43,501 nt of DNA from NCBI GenBank assembly GCA_964366485.1, contig CAYITZ010000001.1, positions 1 to 43,501 of the forward strand, in the 5' to 3' direction. Shown here piece by piece: positions 17,470-25,571 of this stretch. The number at the start of each line of letters is the position of its first letter. Position 1 is the stretch's first letter. The notes under the pieces are model-generated. The model worked only from the letters and a program-made list of their open reading frames with translations. It was not told the DNA's origin and ran no database searches. The stretch is from an uncultured Gammaproteobacteria bacterium (GTDB lineage Bacteria; Patescibacteriota; Microgenomatia; UBA1406; GWC2-37-13). Position numbers and translations under genes: made by a program.

Positions 17470-18371
17470 TGTGATACTCCTTTCCATATTTTTGTACCAA
17501 TTAAATCTGGTTTAAAGATATTTTTTACCCACACAATAATTCCTTTTGATTTGACAGGTTTCATTGCTTCAGAATGCAATACCTTTGCCCCTCTTTCTGC
17601 AAGAGCAAGTGCTTCAGAATATAAAAGTTCTGAGTAAAACTTTGCTTGATCATCTTTCTTAGGATCGGTACTAAATACACCATCAACCTCTTTCCATAAA
17701 ATAACTTCTTTTGCGTCAAGAACATTAGATAGAATAGTTGCGCTGTAGTCAGACCCACCTCTACCTAGAGTTACAATTTTTCCTTCTTTTGTGGCAGCAT
17801 AGAATCCAGTTACAACAGGTACAATATGTTTTAGGAGTAGAGGTAGTAAACTTTTCTTTGCTTTTATTTTGGTATCTGCAAGAAGAGCCCTAGCGTTACC
17901 AAACATATTGTTTGCCACAATAACACTAGAAGCGTCTATAGGTTTTGCGATGACATCAATTTTGTTTAATGCAGCTGACAATAAGTGACTACATAATTTT
18001 TCACCAAATGAAATTACGTAGTCGTAATCAGATAAGCTGTAGTCTTTACATAGGAAAAGGTAAATACTTAAATCCCCAAAAAGATGATAAAGAGATTTTT
18101 TAATATGAACATAATCATTTTTCCTTAATCCTAAATCTCTTAATGCAGAATTATGAATACCATGTAGTATGCGTATTTCTTCAAAAGCGGTCGAAAAATC
18201 TCTAGATTTGCATTTCTGAAAAAGACTAATCAGTTTATCTGTTACACCATTCATAGCCGACACAACAATAACTACTTCTGACTTATTGCTAAATTTTTTA
18301 ATAATTTCAGCAACATGAAGCATTCGTTTACCCGTTCCAAGCGATGATCCTCCAAATTTCATAATTTTCAT
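17466..18371 (-). CDS. ask: aspartate kinase, catalytic AAK domain only (301 aa, no ACT domains)
   Basis: MKFGGSSLGT, VVVSAMNGVTD, TLGRGGSDYSAT and VDGVFSTDP. The protein ends right after the kinase domain. Confidence 0.85.
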   Translation of the reverse strand: MKIMKFGGSSLGTGKRMLHVAEIIKKFSNKSEVVIVVSAMNGVTDKLISLFQKCKSRDFSTAFEEIRILHGIHNSALRDLGLRKNDYVHIKKSLYHLFGDLSIYLFLCKDYSLSDYDYVISFGEKLCSHLLSAALNKIDVIAKPIDASSVIVANNMFGNARALLADTKIKAKKSLLPLLLKHIVPVVTGFYAATKEGKIVTLGRGGSDYSATILSNVLDAKEVILWKEVDGVFSTDPKKDDQAKFYSELLYSEALALAERGAKVLHSEAMKPVKSKGIIVWVKNIFKPDLIGTKIWKGVSQ

Positions 18372-18394
18372 AGCATTATCTTTTTTTAATTATT

Positions 18395-18417
18395 AAAAAA
18401 CCTCCCTTATGGGAGGC
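18395..18417 (-). terminator. attenuator-2 terminator (regions 3':4')
   Basis: Minus strand reads GCCUCCC-AUAA-GGGAGGU followed by UUUUUU. It ends 23 nt upstream of the ask ATG. Confidence 0.75.
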
Positions 18418-18448
18418 TTGGTTTTTGATAAATAATATATTATTTACG

Positions 18449-18517
18449 CTACAAACCTCCCGAATTGAATCGGGTAGTTGTAGTAGTTCTCAACAGATTT
18501 TTTATTTGATTATCCAT
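18449..18517 (-). CDS. thr leader peptide 2: MDNQIKNLLRTTTTTRFNSGGL
   Basis: Hand translation of the minus strand: ATG GAT AAT CAA ATA AAA AAT CTG TTG AGA ACT ACT ACA ACT ACC CGA TTC AAT TCG GGA GGT TTG TAG. Five consecutive Thr codons run into the CCCGA/UCGGG hairpin (18459-18474). Confidence 0.75.
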   Translation of the reverse strand: MDNQIKNLLRTTTTTRFNSGGL

Positions 18518-18519
18518 AT

Positions 18520-18547
18520 AAAAACAAAAGCCCTCCTTTCGGAGGGT
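18520..18547 (-). terminator. attenuator-1 terminator (regions 3:4)
   Basis: Minus strand reads (A)CCCUCC-GAAA-GGAGGG followed by CUUUUGUUUUU. Confidence 0.7.
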
Positions 18548-18557
18548 AAATTTAAAC

Positions 18558-18588
18558 AAAAAAACACCCTCCTTAAGTAGGAGTGGTG
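18558..18588 (-). terminator. hairpin 1:2 plus U7 (lon terminator and/or attenuator pause hairpin)
   Basis: Minus strand reads CACCACUCCU-ACUUA-AGGAGGGUG then UUUUUUU. The 5' arm consists of the Thr/Pro codons of leader peptide 1. Confidence 0.7.
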
Positions 18589-18623
18589 GTTGAGAATTGA
18601 AAACAAATATTGTTTTTACTCAT
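18573..18623 (-). CDS. thr leader peptide 1: MSKNNICFQFSTTTPT
   Basis: Hand translation: ATG AGT AAA AAC AAT ATT TGT TTT CAA TTC TCA ACC ACC ACT CCT ACT TAA. Four of the last five sense codons are Thr. The stop lies in the loop of hairpin 1:2. Confidence 0.65.
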   Translation of the reverse strand: MSKNNICFQFSTTTPT

Positions 18624-18628
18624 ATAGT

Positions 18629-18661
18629 CTATAGTTTATAACAGACTTTCTTAAATGTCAA
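18629..18661 (-). promoter_or_regulatory. sigma70-type promoter for the thr leader/operon, overlapping the lon stop codon
   Basis: Minus strand: TTGACA (18661-18656), 15-nt spacer, extended -10 TGtTATAAA (18643-18635). Alternatively TAAACT at 17-nt spacing. The leader-1 ATG lies 11 nt after the -10. Confidence 0.5.
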
Positions 18662-21062
18662 ACTTATTTCGGTTCTTAATCATCTTTGGGGAATGAGTTA
18701 GGGCAACCGGTAAGACTTCATCAAGATTCTCAACATACACAAACTTGAGATCTTTCAAGATATAGTCGGGAATATCTTCAAGATCTTTTTTGTTGTCTTT
18801 GGGAAGAATGATGGTCTTTATACCTGCCCTATGCGCGGCGATGACTTTTTCCTTAACTCCCCCTATCTCAAGTGCTCGTCCACGAAGGGTAATTTCTCCG
18901 GTCATAGCAACATCGCGCCTAAAAGGTGTCTTGGTGAGGGCAGATAACATGGCGGTTGCAATTGCCAGTCCAGCAGAGGGACCGTCCTTGGGAACAGCAC
19001 CTTCCGGTACATGGACGTGGATATCATAATTGTGAAAGAAATCTTTTTTGAGATCGAACTTTTCCCAACGGGAACGGATATAAGAAAGGGCGGCTTGGCA
19101 GGACTCCTTCATGACGTCGCCCAAATGACCAGTTAGTGTTAAAGCGCCTTTACCCGGCATGATAGCAACCTCGATAAAGAGGATGTCTCCCCCCGCCTGA
19201 GTCCACGCAAGTCCGGTCGATATGCCAATCGTGTTTTTTCCTTCAATTATTTGACTGGAGTATTTGTATGGGCCTAAATACTTTGAAATATCTGGGGTAG
19301 CGACTACTTTTTTTGTAATTTTCTTCTCAACAATTTCACGGGCAATCTTACGGAATACCCCGGCAACCTGGCGCTCAAGTTCGCGTACTCCAGCCTCACG
19401 CGTATAGCGCCGGATGATCATCTTCATAGCCGCATCATGCACCTGTACTTCGGCAGTTGACAGACTATGGGCATCGATCTGTTTTTTGACAAGATAGTCT
19501 TTTACGATGTGGAATTTTTCATCCTCCGTATACCCAGGGAAATTGATGATTTCAAGCCGGTCAAGCAAAGCCTCGGGAATAGTATCTAACATATTGGCGG
19601 TTGTAATAAAAAAAACGTCGGAGAGGTCAAAGGGAACTTCCAGATAGTGGTCGGAAAACGAATGATTTTGCTCTGGGTCTAAAGCCTCAAGAAGGGCCGC
19701 GGATGCGTCTCCCCGGTAATCACGACCGATTTTATCTATTTCATCAAGCATGAATAAAGGATTTTTGGTGCCTGCCTGTTTGATGCCCTGGATGATACGT
19801 CCCGGAAGTGCGCCCACATAAGTTCGTCTATGACCGCGGATTTCAGCCTCATCCCGTATCCCGCCGAGTGACATCTTCACAAACTTCCGGTCAAGCGCTC
19901 GCGCTATGGAACGACCAAGAGATGTTTTTCCCACTCCCGGAGGGCCTACAAAACAGATAATCGTGGGTTGATATTCTTTTTTCTTTTTTTCTCCTGTTCC
20001 GTCCTTCTGTGCAATCTCCGCTTTTTGACGGCGCAGTTCAATGACAGCTAGATATTCAAGTATACGCTCTTTGATCTTTTTTAAACCAAAATGATCTTCG
20101 TTCAATATCTTCTCCGCTTGTTTGATATCAATGTTGCTGGTCGAAATGGTTGACCAGGGTAGATCAACCAACCAATCAAGATAGGTTTTTACATATGAAG
20201 CTTCCGGATTGAATTGTGACATTTGACTGAGGCGTTTGAGCTCTTTTAACGCTTTTTCCTCCACTTGCTTTGGCATTTTTGATGCGGCTATTTTATCACG
20301 GTACTCTTTCAGATCCTTATCTTCTCCTCCCCCCAGCTCTTCCTCAATTGTCTTCATCTTTTCTTTGAGAAAAGTTTCTTTCATTCCCTTTTCAAATTTA
20401 CGTTGAGTTTTTGCTGATATATTTTGTTCAATTTCAAGAATTTTAACTTCCTTGTCTATATGATCCACTTCCATCACTAGTCTTTTTTTTAATTCATTTT
20501 CCTCCAGGAGAATCTGCTTTTCTTTTTCTTTGATATCGAGAATCATGGCAATATGATACGAAAAATCTTGTGGAGTCCCCACGTTCAGAATATTCATGAG
20601 AAAAACAAAATCAACCGCTTTTCCTAAATTAATTGCTTTTTTTACCTGGAGCGAGATGTGTTTTACCATTGCCTGAAGTTCATTATCATTGTCAAGGATT
20701 TCTTCGATCTTTTCGACTTTGCCTTCAAAGTAAGGGGTATCTTTGGTGTATTCGGTGATCTTAACCTTTTCAACCCCCTTAACCAATGCATTTATTTCAC
20801 CTTTTTCACCAACCACAGTCTTTTCAATGGTTGCCACAACTCCTATTTCATAAAGGTCTTCCTTTCTCGGATCTTCAACCGATGAGTTTTTTTGCATCAC
20901 TAGAACAATTCTTTTATCACTCTTTAACGCCTCATTTATGGTCGTAATGCTTTTGAGCCTCCCAAAAACGAGAACGTTTTCCGTCTTGGGAAACACGATA
21001 CCGTCACGAACTGCGATGATGGGAAGTGTGACTTGATTAGGTGAACCCATAAGAAATGCCAT
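18651..21062 (-). CDS. lon: ATP-dependent Lon protease
   Basis: Walker A GPPGVGKTSLG, Walker B LFMLDEIDK, protease PKDGPSAG with the K dyad. The start is set at ATG 21062 because the track's TTG 21104 is the -35 hexamer of the lon promoter. Confidence 0.95.
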   Translation of the reverse strand: MAFLMGSPNQVTLPIIAVRDGIVFPKTENVLVFGRLKSITTINEALKSDKRIVLVMQKNSSVEDPRKEDLYEIGVVATIEKTVVGEKGEINALVKGVEKVKITEYTKDTPYFEGKVEKIEEILDNDNELQAMVKHISLQVKKAINLGKAVDFVFLMNILNVGTPQDFSYHIAMILDIKEKEKQILLEENELKKRLVMEVDHIDKEVKILEIEQNISAKTQRKFEKGMKETFLKEKMKTIEEELGGGEDKDLKEYRDKIAASKMPKQVEEKALKELKRLSQMSQFNPEASYVKTYLDWLVDLPWSTISTSNIDIKQAEKILNEDHFGLKKIKERILEYLAVIELRRQKAEIAQKDGTGEKKKKEYQPTIICFVGPPGVGKTSLGRSIARALDRKFVKMSLGGIRDEAEIRGHRRTYVGALPGRIIQGIKQAGTKNPLFMLDEIDKIGRDYRGDASAALLEALDPEQNHSFSDHYLEVPFDLSDVFFITTANMLDTIPEALLDRLEIINFPGYTEDEKFHIVKDYLVKKQIDAHSLSTAEVQVHDAAMKMIIRRYTREAGVRELERQVAGVFRKIAREIVEKKITKKVVATPDISKYLGPYKYSSQIIEGKNTIGISTGLAWTQAGGDILFIEVAIMPGKGALTLTGHLGDVMKESCQAALSYIRSRWEKFDLKKDFFHNYDIHVHVPEGAVPKDGPSAGLAIATAMLSALTKTPFRRDVAMTGEITLRGRALEIGGVKEKVIAAHRAGIKTIILPKDNKKDLEDIPDYILKDLKFVYVENLDEVLPVALTHSPKMIKNRNKFDI

Positions 21063-21070
21063 AATTTTAT

Positions 21071-21104
21071 TTAGCAGTATAGCAAAGTATCTGCTAACTG
21101 TCAA
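21071..21104 (-). promoter_or_regulatory. lon promoter (TTGACA-17-TATACT) overlapped by a CIRCE-like inverted repeat
   Basis: Minus strand: -35 at 21104-21099, -10 at 21081-21076, ATG 13 nt downstream. Inverted repeat TTAGCAGTA-N9-ATCTGCTAA (21071-21097), compared with the CIRCE consensus TTAGCACTC-N9-GAGTGCTAA. Confidence 0.55.
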
Positions 21105-21121
21105 ATGTTAATTAAAAATAT

Positions 21122-21973
21122 TCAAATAAAATCACTTAATAGACCTTCGAGATCTTTCACTTTACTTTGCGAAACAAGAGTCGAATCAGCCAGCTGGGGA
21201 AGATGTTCGTGATAAGCCGGCCTATCTTCTTTAAAGAGTATTCCTAAGGGAAATTTCTCCTCATGGAATTCAAGTGCCTTACCAAGTGCCGCAACTTTAT
21301 TGTTAGGTTGATAATCTGCCCCAAGCTTATATGACTTTTGCATGTAATAGGGATAGGTATTTATTTTGTTGAAGGTAACGCAGGGCTGAAGAATATTTAC
21401 GATTGAAAATCCTTTATGTTCAAATGCATGCTTCATGGTTTCAATCATGTGGGGAGCATTACCTGCAAATGCCTGTGCTACGAACGTGGCCCCTTGAGTT
21501 ATGGCAAAGCTCAATGGATTTACCGGTGTTTCAATGATGCCGGTTGGTGTCGATTTTGATTTATATCCTTTTGCCGCGGTTGGTGCAACCTGACCCGTAG
21601 TTAATCCGTACACGCTATTGTCATGAATAATGGCAGTAATATCATGATTTCCGCGGCACCCGTGGAGAAAATGATTGCCCCCTTCACCATAAAAATCTCC
21701 ATCCCCCGCTACCACGATAGTTTGCATCTTGTGATTTGAAAGTTTAAAACCGATAGCAACGGGAAGAGCCCTACCGTGTAGGCCATGGCTTGCATAGGCA
21801 TTCAGGAAATCGTTCATGTTACCGGAACACCCGATTCCAAAAGATACAAACACGGAAGAAGGCGAGAGCCCCATTTGTACCAGCGCGGATTTAATCGCCA
21901 CTCCAATCCCCCAATTGCCACACCCCGGGCACCAGGTTGGTTGATAGCCGGTAAAATCCTGTACTGTTGACAT
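21122..21973 (-). CDS. 2-oxoacid:ferredoxin oxidoreductase beta (TPP-binding) subunit
   Basis: TWCPGCGNWG, and VVAGDGDFYGEGGNH (TPP GDG motif). Confidence 0.85.
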   Translation of the reverse strand: MSTVQDFTGYQPTWCPGCGNWGIGVAIKSALVQMGLSPSSVFVSFGIGCSGNMNDFLNAYASHGLHGRALPVAIGFKLSNHKMQTIVVAGDGDFYGEGGNHFLHGCRGNHDITAIIHDNSVYGLTTGQVAPTAAKGYKSKSTPTGIIETPVNPLSFAITQGATFVAQAFAGNAPHMIETMKHAFEHKGFSIVNILQPCVTFNKINTYPYYMQKSYKLGADYQPNNKVAALGKALEFHEEKFPLGILFKEDRPAYHEHLPQLADSTLVSQSKVKDLEGLLSDFI

Positions 21974-21976
21974 AAA

Positions 21977-23695
21977 TTATTTTAAAATGCTATTAACTAT
22001 CTCCTCCATTGAGATAGGCCGCCCATCGTATTTAAGAATCATTTCTTTCAGATCAACACCCAGCTCCATCCTCAAAAGTTTTCCAAACTGCCCGGTTGAG
22101 TTATTTTCAACAAGAATATATCTTTTTTCTTTATTAAAAAATGGCAAAACCATTTCTTTACTCATGGGGAACAGGTGGATAAAATGGAGAAGGGCCGTCT
22201 TCTTTCCTTTTTCCTGCAAAAGACGTTGTGCTTCTCGTACCGGGCCTTTGGTTGATCCCCAAGCAACAAAAACAATCTCCGCACTATCCATATCTCCGTA
22301 GACGATGGGAGGTGAAAAATGTGACATAAGATACGTTTGTGTTTTACGTGCCCGTTTATCCACTTGATTTATGCGGTCTAAAGCTTCCTCGGTTGTGTGT
22401 CCGTCTTCCAGATGTTCGTATGAGTTTGATTGATAGTAAGCCCCTTCTGCTCCCGGCACCAGGTGAGGAGATATCCCATCTTCGGTGATTCGATAACGTA
22501 GGTAGGGAGACTGATCAATTTTATTGATCTGTTTTCCTCTATTTGGTTTATACTCTTTCATGTGCTTTTCAACAAGATCCTTTGAAAGGCTTCGATGAGA
22601 CTCCGAAAGTAACATGTCTGACATGACTATTACCGGAACCTGGTATATGTCAGCTAAATCAAAAGCTTTGATAGTCAACTCAAACATTTCATCGTTATCT
22701 CCTGGTGCAAGTACAATTTTAGGAAACTCTCCATGCCCCGCGTGCACCGCAAACAAAAGATCCCCCTGCTCGGTCCACGTCGGCATTCCCGTTGCAGGTC
22801 CTGACCTCTGAGCAAGAAATATGACGATGGGAATTTCCGCAATACCGGCAAACGATATTGATTCCACCATGAGGGCAAATCCACCACCTGAAGTACCAAC
22901 CGACGTTCGAACGCCTGCAAGCGATCCGCCGAGTGCGGTATTAATAACCGAAATTTCATCTTCTGCGTGGCGGACTACCATATTTGTTTTTCCCTGCCAT
23001 CCGGCAAGGACGGTGAGGACGGTTGATGAAGGTGTCATGGGATAGGCTACATACAGGCGGCAATCGGCAACTGAGGCGGCAAGTGAAAACGTTTCGTTTC
23101 CGCTTATTACCAGTTGGGGTGTATTTTCCCGTTTTACTAATAGAGGCTTCACATGCTCTTTATAGTTTGCTAAAACATAGTTATAGCCTGCTTCAGCAAA
23201 TTGCTTGTTGAAATTTACAACCGTATCTCCTTTTCTACCAAATTGGGATACAAGAAGCTCATGAAGCACCGAAATATCAGCCCCAAGAAGCGCCAAAGAC
23301 GCGCCAAGTGCTATTGTATTTTTCATGACAACTTGTCCCTTTAAATCTGATAGAGTTTTTTTTAGGGGAATATGAAGTTTAATTATGGAATCTTCTATCT
23401 CAAACTCATCTTTGTCATACAACACTAAGCTATTTGATCCGAGCTTATCTTTATGAAATGTATAGGTGTCTTTATTTAAGCATACCAACATGTTTATAGT
23501 CTGTTTGAGACTATATACCGGTTCATCCGAAAAACCTACATTGTAAGTATTATGTCCACCCCTGATAAGAGACGGGTATTGGATATAATCAAAAATAAAA
23601 TACCCCAAACGGCTTGCGATTTTGGAGAAAAAAGTTCCCGTCGTAAGGATACCAAATCCCGCCTCACCGCCAATTTTCCAAAGATATTGCGGCAT
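21977..23695 (-). CDS. 2-oxoacid:ferredoxin oxidoreductase alpha subunit (gamma-alpha fused type)
   Basis: MPQYLWKIGGEAGFGILTTG (gamma-domain start), AYPMTPSS, HAEDEISVIN. Start moved to ATG 23695, because the track start 23758 would overlap the ferredoxin gene by 61 nt. Confidence 0.85.
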   Translation of the reverse strand: MPQYLWKIGGEAGFGILTTGTFFSKIASRLGYFIFDYIQYPSLIRGGHNTYNVGFSDEPVYSLKQTINMLVCLNKDTYTFHKDKLGSNSLVLYDKDEFEIEDSIIKLHIPLKKTLSDLKGQVVMKNTIALGASLALLGADISVLHELLVSQFGRKGDTVVNFNKQFAEAGYNYVLANYKEHVKPLLVKRENTPQLVISGNETFSLAASVADCRLYVAYPMTPSSTVLTVLAGWQGKTNMVVRHAEDEISVINTALGGSLAGVRTSVGTSGGGFALMVESISFAGIAEIPIVIFLAQRSGPATGMPTWTEQGDLLFAVHAGHGEFPKIVLAPGDNDEMFELTIKAFDLADIYQVPVIVMSDMLLSESHRSLSKDLVEKHMKEYKPNRGKQINKIDQSPYLRYRITEDGISPHLVPGAEGAYYQSNSYEHLEDGHTTEEALDRINQVDKRARKTQTYLMSHFSPPIVYGDMDSAEIVFVAWGSTKGPVREAQRLLQEKGKKTALLHFIHLFPMSKEMVLPFFNKEKRYILVENNSTGQFGKLLRMELGVDLKEMILKYDGRPISMEEIVNSILK

Positions 23696-23697
23696 AA

Positions 23698-23973
23698 TCA
23701 GTTGGGAAAAATGCGTTGTCCGTTTTCGTCGGTTATGATAATTGCGGCCACCGGACATGCTTTTGCTGAATCAACTATTGTTTCGCTTGTTTCTTCGACT
23801 GCTGTTTTCAGTATGATTGCTTTAGCTTCAGAGTCAAGCACATAGGTCTTGGGAGCAACCGCAATGCAGGTTGCGGCACCGATGCACAGATCACGATCTA
23901 CATGGACGGTTAATTTATTAATTTTGACTGGGCCTGACGGGTTTTTAGGGTCAATTACATCACTTTGATCCAT
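23698..23973 (-). CDS. small ferredoxin (single Fe-S cluster type)
   Basis: VDRDLCIGAATCIAVAP ... AKACPVAAI cysteine pattern. Sits immediately upstream of the oxidoreductase. Confidence 0.7.
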   Translation of the reverse strand: MDQSDVIDPKNPSGPVKINKLTVHVDRDLCIGAATCIAVAPKTYVLDSEAKAIILKTAVEETSETIVDSAKACPVAAIIITDENGQRIFPN

Positions 23974-23981
23974 AGTTTCTA

Positions 23982-24338
23982 TTAAATTAATAATTTTTGA
24001 AGTGCCTCAAGAGGCAAAAGCACGCACTTAATCCGGTTAGGACCAAGCTCAATCTTCAATAGATTCATCATATCTTTTTTTGTCATTTTCTTCAACTCTT
24101 CTTTTGTTTTTCCTTTTGCCCATTGAGTCACCAGTGATGAGGCCGCCTTTGATATGGCACATCCTTGCCCCTGGAATCGCACATCCACAACTCTGTCTTT
24201 CTTTAATAAGATGTCCATCTTGATTTTATCGCCGCATAATGGGTTGTAAACAATCACCGAGTTGGTTGGATTTTGGATATTTCCCGTATTTCGAGGTTTT
24301 TCCGCATGGTCTAATATGACTTCCTGATATATGGTCAT
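23982..24338 (-). CDS. sufU: SufU/IscU-type Fe-S scaffold / sulfur acceptor
   Basis: YQEVILDHAEKPRN, NPLCGDKI, GQGCAISKAS. Confidence 0.8.
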   Translation of the reverse strand: MTIYQEVILDHAEKPRNTGNIQNPTNSVIVYNPLCGDKIKMDILLKKDRVVDVRFQGQGCAISKAASSLVTQWAKGKTKEELKKMTKKDMMNLLKIELGPNRIKCVLLPLEALQKLLI

Positions 24339-24347
24339 AGATTTTAA

Positions 24348-25571
24348 TTATTTTAAAATTTGACAGACTTCGTGCAGGCCATCTATCAGTGCATCAACGT
24401 CAGATACGCTATTGTAAAGATAAAAACTCGCCCGTACGGTTGCCATAAGATTCAGTTCTTCATGGAGGGGCATCGCACAATGATTTCCCGCACGCACGCA
24501 TATGTTTTTTTCGGATAATATCTGGGCCACATCGTGGGGATGATATTTGTCAAAATGAAAGCTTACAATGCCGCCCTTGTTTTCGGTATCTTTTGGCCCT
24601 ATCACGTGAAGATCCTTGAATTCTTGTCCCAATCTTTTTATCGCATATGACGCCAGTTTTTTTTCGTGATTTTCAATATTCTTTAGCCCCACTTTTTCTA
24701 AATAGATAACTGCCTCCTTTAGCGCGATGACTTCAGCAATTGCCGGAGTCCCCGCTTCAAACTTATGGGGAGCTTCTTTGAATTTGGTACTGCGGACATG
24801 GACTTCCGATATCATCTCTCCCCCATAGAGAAAGGGCGGCATTGTGCCCAGTAATGCTTTTCGTCCCCACAGTACTCCTACTCCCGTGGGGCCCAGCATT
24901 TTGTGACTTGAAAATGCTAAAAAGTCACAATCCAAATCCTGCACATCCACCTTCCGGTGGGGCACTGCCTGAGCCGCATCAACTATAGTAATGATTGTTG
25001 GATTAATTTTTTTTGCATCTTTTATAATTTGTTTAATGTTATTTGCAACCCCCAGAACATTGGAAACATAGGTAAGACACAGAATTTTCGTTTTTTTTGA
25101 AATATATTTTTCCAGATTTTTTACATCGAGACTCCCCTCCGTGTCAAGCTTAATGACCGACAGTTTCCCTCCCTTTTTTATGAGAAGTTGTTGCCAGGGA
25201 ACAAAGTTTGAGTGATGTTCCATAATGGTTGTGGCTATTTCATCTCCCTTTCTTATGATTTGTTCCCCCAGAGAATAGCTCAGAAGATTTAAGGATTCAG
25301 ATGTGTTGCGGGTAAAGATAACTTCGCCTGAGCTATTTGCGTGAATAAATGATGCAATTATTTCTCTCGTTTTTTCGTACTCCTCGGTTGCGCGCTCGGA
25401 TAGGTGATAAATTCCCCGATAAATATTTGCAGAATACGTTTCATAATATTCCTTGAGTTTGTCAATGACGCTTCTCGGTTTTAATGAGGTTGCGGTTGAG
25501 TCAAGATAGATTAATCCGGGAAGATTTTTAAATATGGGAAAGTCTTTTTTTAATCTGTCCGGGTTAAGCAT
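24348..25571 (-). CDS. sufS: cysteine desulfurase, SufS type
   Basis: PLP lysine FSSHKMLGPTGVGVL; catalytic Cys loop RAGNHCAMP. Confidence 0.9.
   Translation of the reverse strand: MLNPDRLKKDFPIFKNLPGLIYLDSTATSLKPRSVIDKLKEYYETYSANIYRGIYHLSERATEEYEKTREIIASFIHANSSGEVIFTRNTSESLNLLSYSLGEQIIRKGDEIATTIMEHHSNFVPWQQLLIKKGGKLSVIKLDTEGSLDVKNLEKYISKKTKILCLTYVSNVLGVANNIKQIIKDAKKINPTIITIVDAAQAVPHRKVDVQDLDCDFLAFSSHKMLGPTGVGVLWGRKALLGTMPPFLYGGEMISEVHVRSTKFKEAPHKFEAGTPAIAEVIALKEAVIYLEKVGLKNIENHEKKLASYAIKRLGQEFKDLHVIGPKDTENKGGIVSFHFDKYHPHDVAQILSEKNICVRAGNHCAMPLHEELNLMATVRASFYLYNSVSDVDALIDGLHEVCQILK

Noticed and set aside
18401-18575. Four GGAGG motifs as Shine-Dalgarno sequences
   Set aside because: Each is paired with a CCUCC partner in a hairpin. 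None lies at SD distance (5-10 nt) from a start codon, and no other gene in the window has an SD. They are structural stem elements.
18372-18650. T-box or other riboswitch upstream of the thr operon
   Set aside because: I looked for the T-box core (GGGUGGUACCGCG-like), specifier-loop and AGAGA elements on the minus strand and found none. The Thr-run sORFs and alternative hairpins explain the region better.
21063-21104. N-terminal extension of Lon from the track start at 21104
   Set aside because: The TTG at 21104-21102 is the first half of the TTGACA -35 box, and the whole extension is promoter/operator sequence. ATG 21062 follows the -10 by 13 nt.
23696-23758. N-terminal extension of the oxidoreductase alpha subunit
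   Set aside because: It would overlap the ferredoxin gene by 61 nt. Family-typical sequence begins at MPQYLWKIGGEAG (ATG 23695), 2 nt after the ferredoxin stop.
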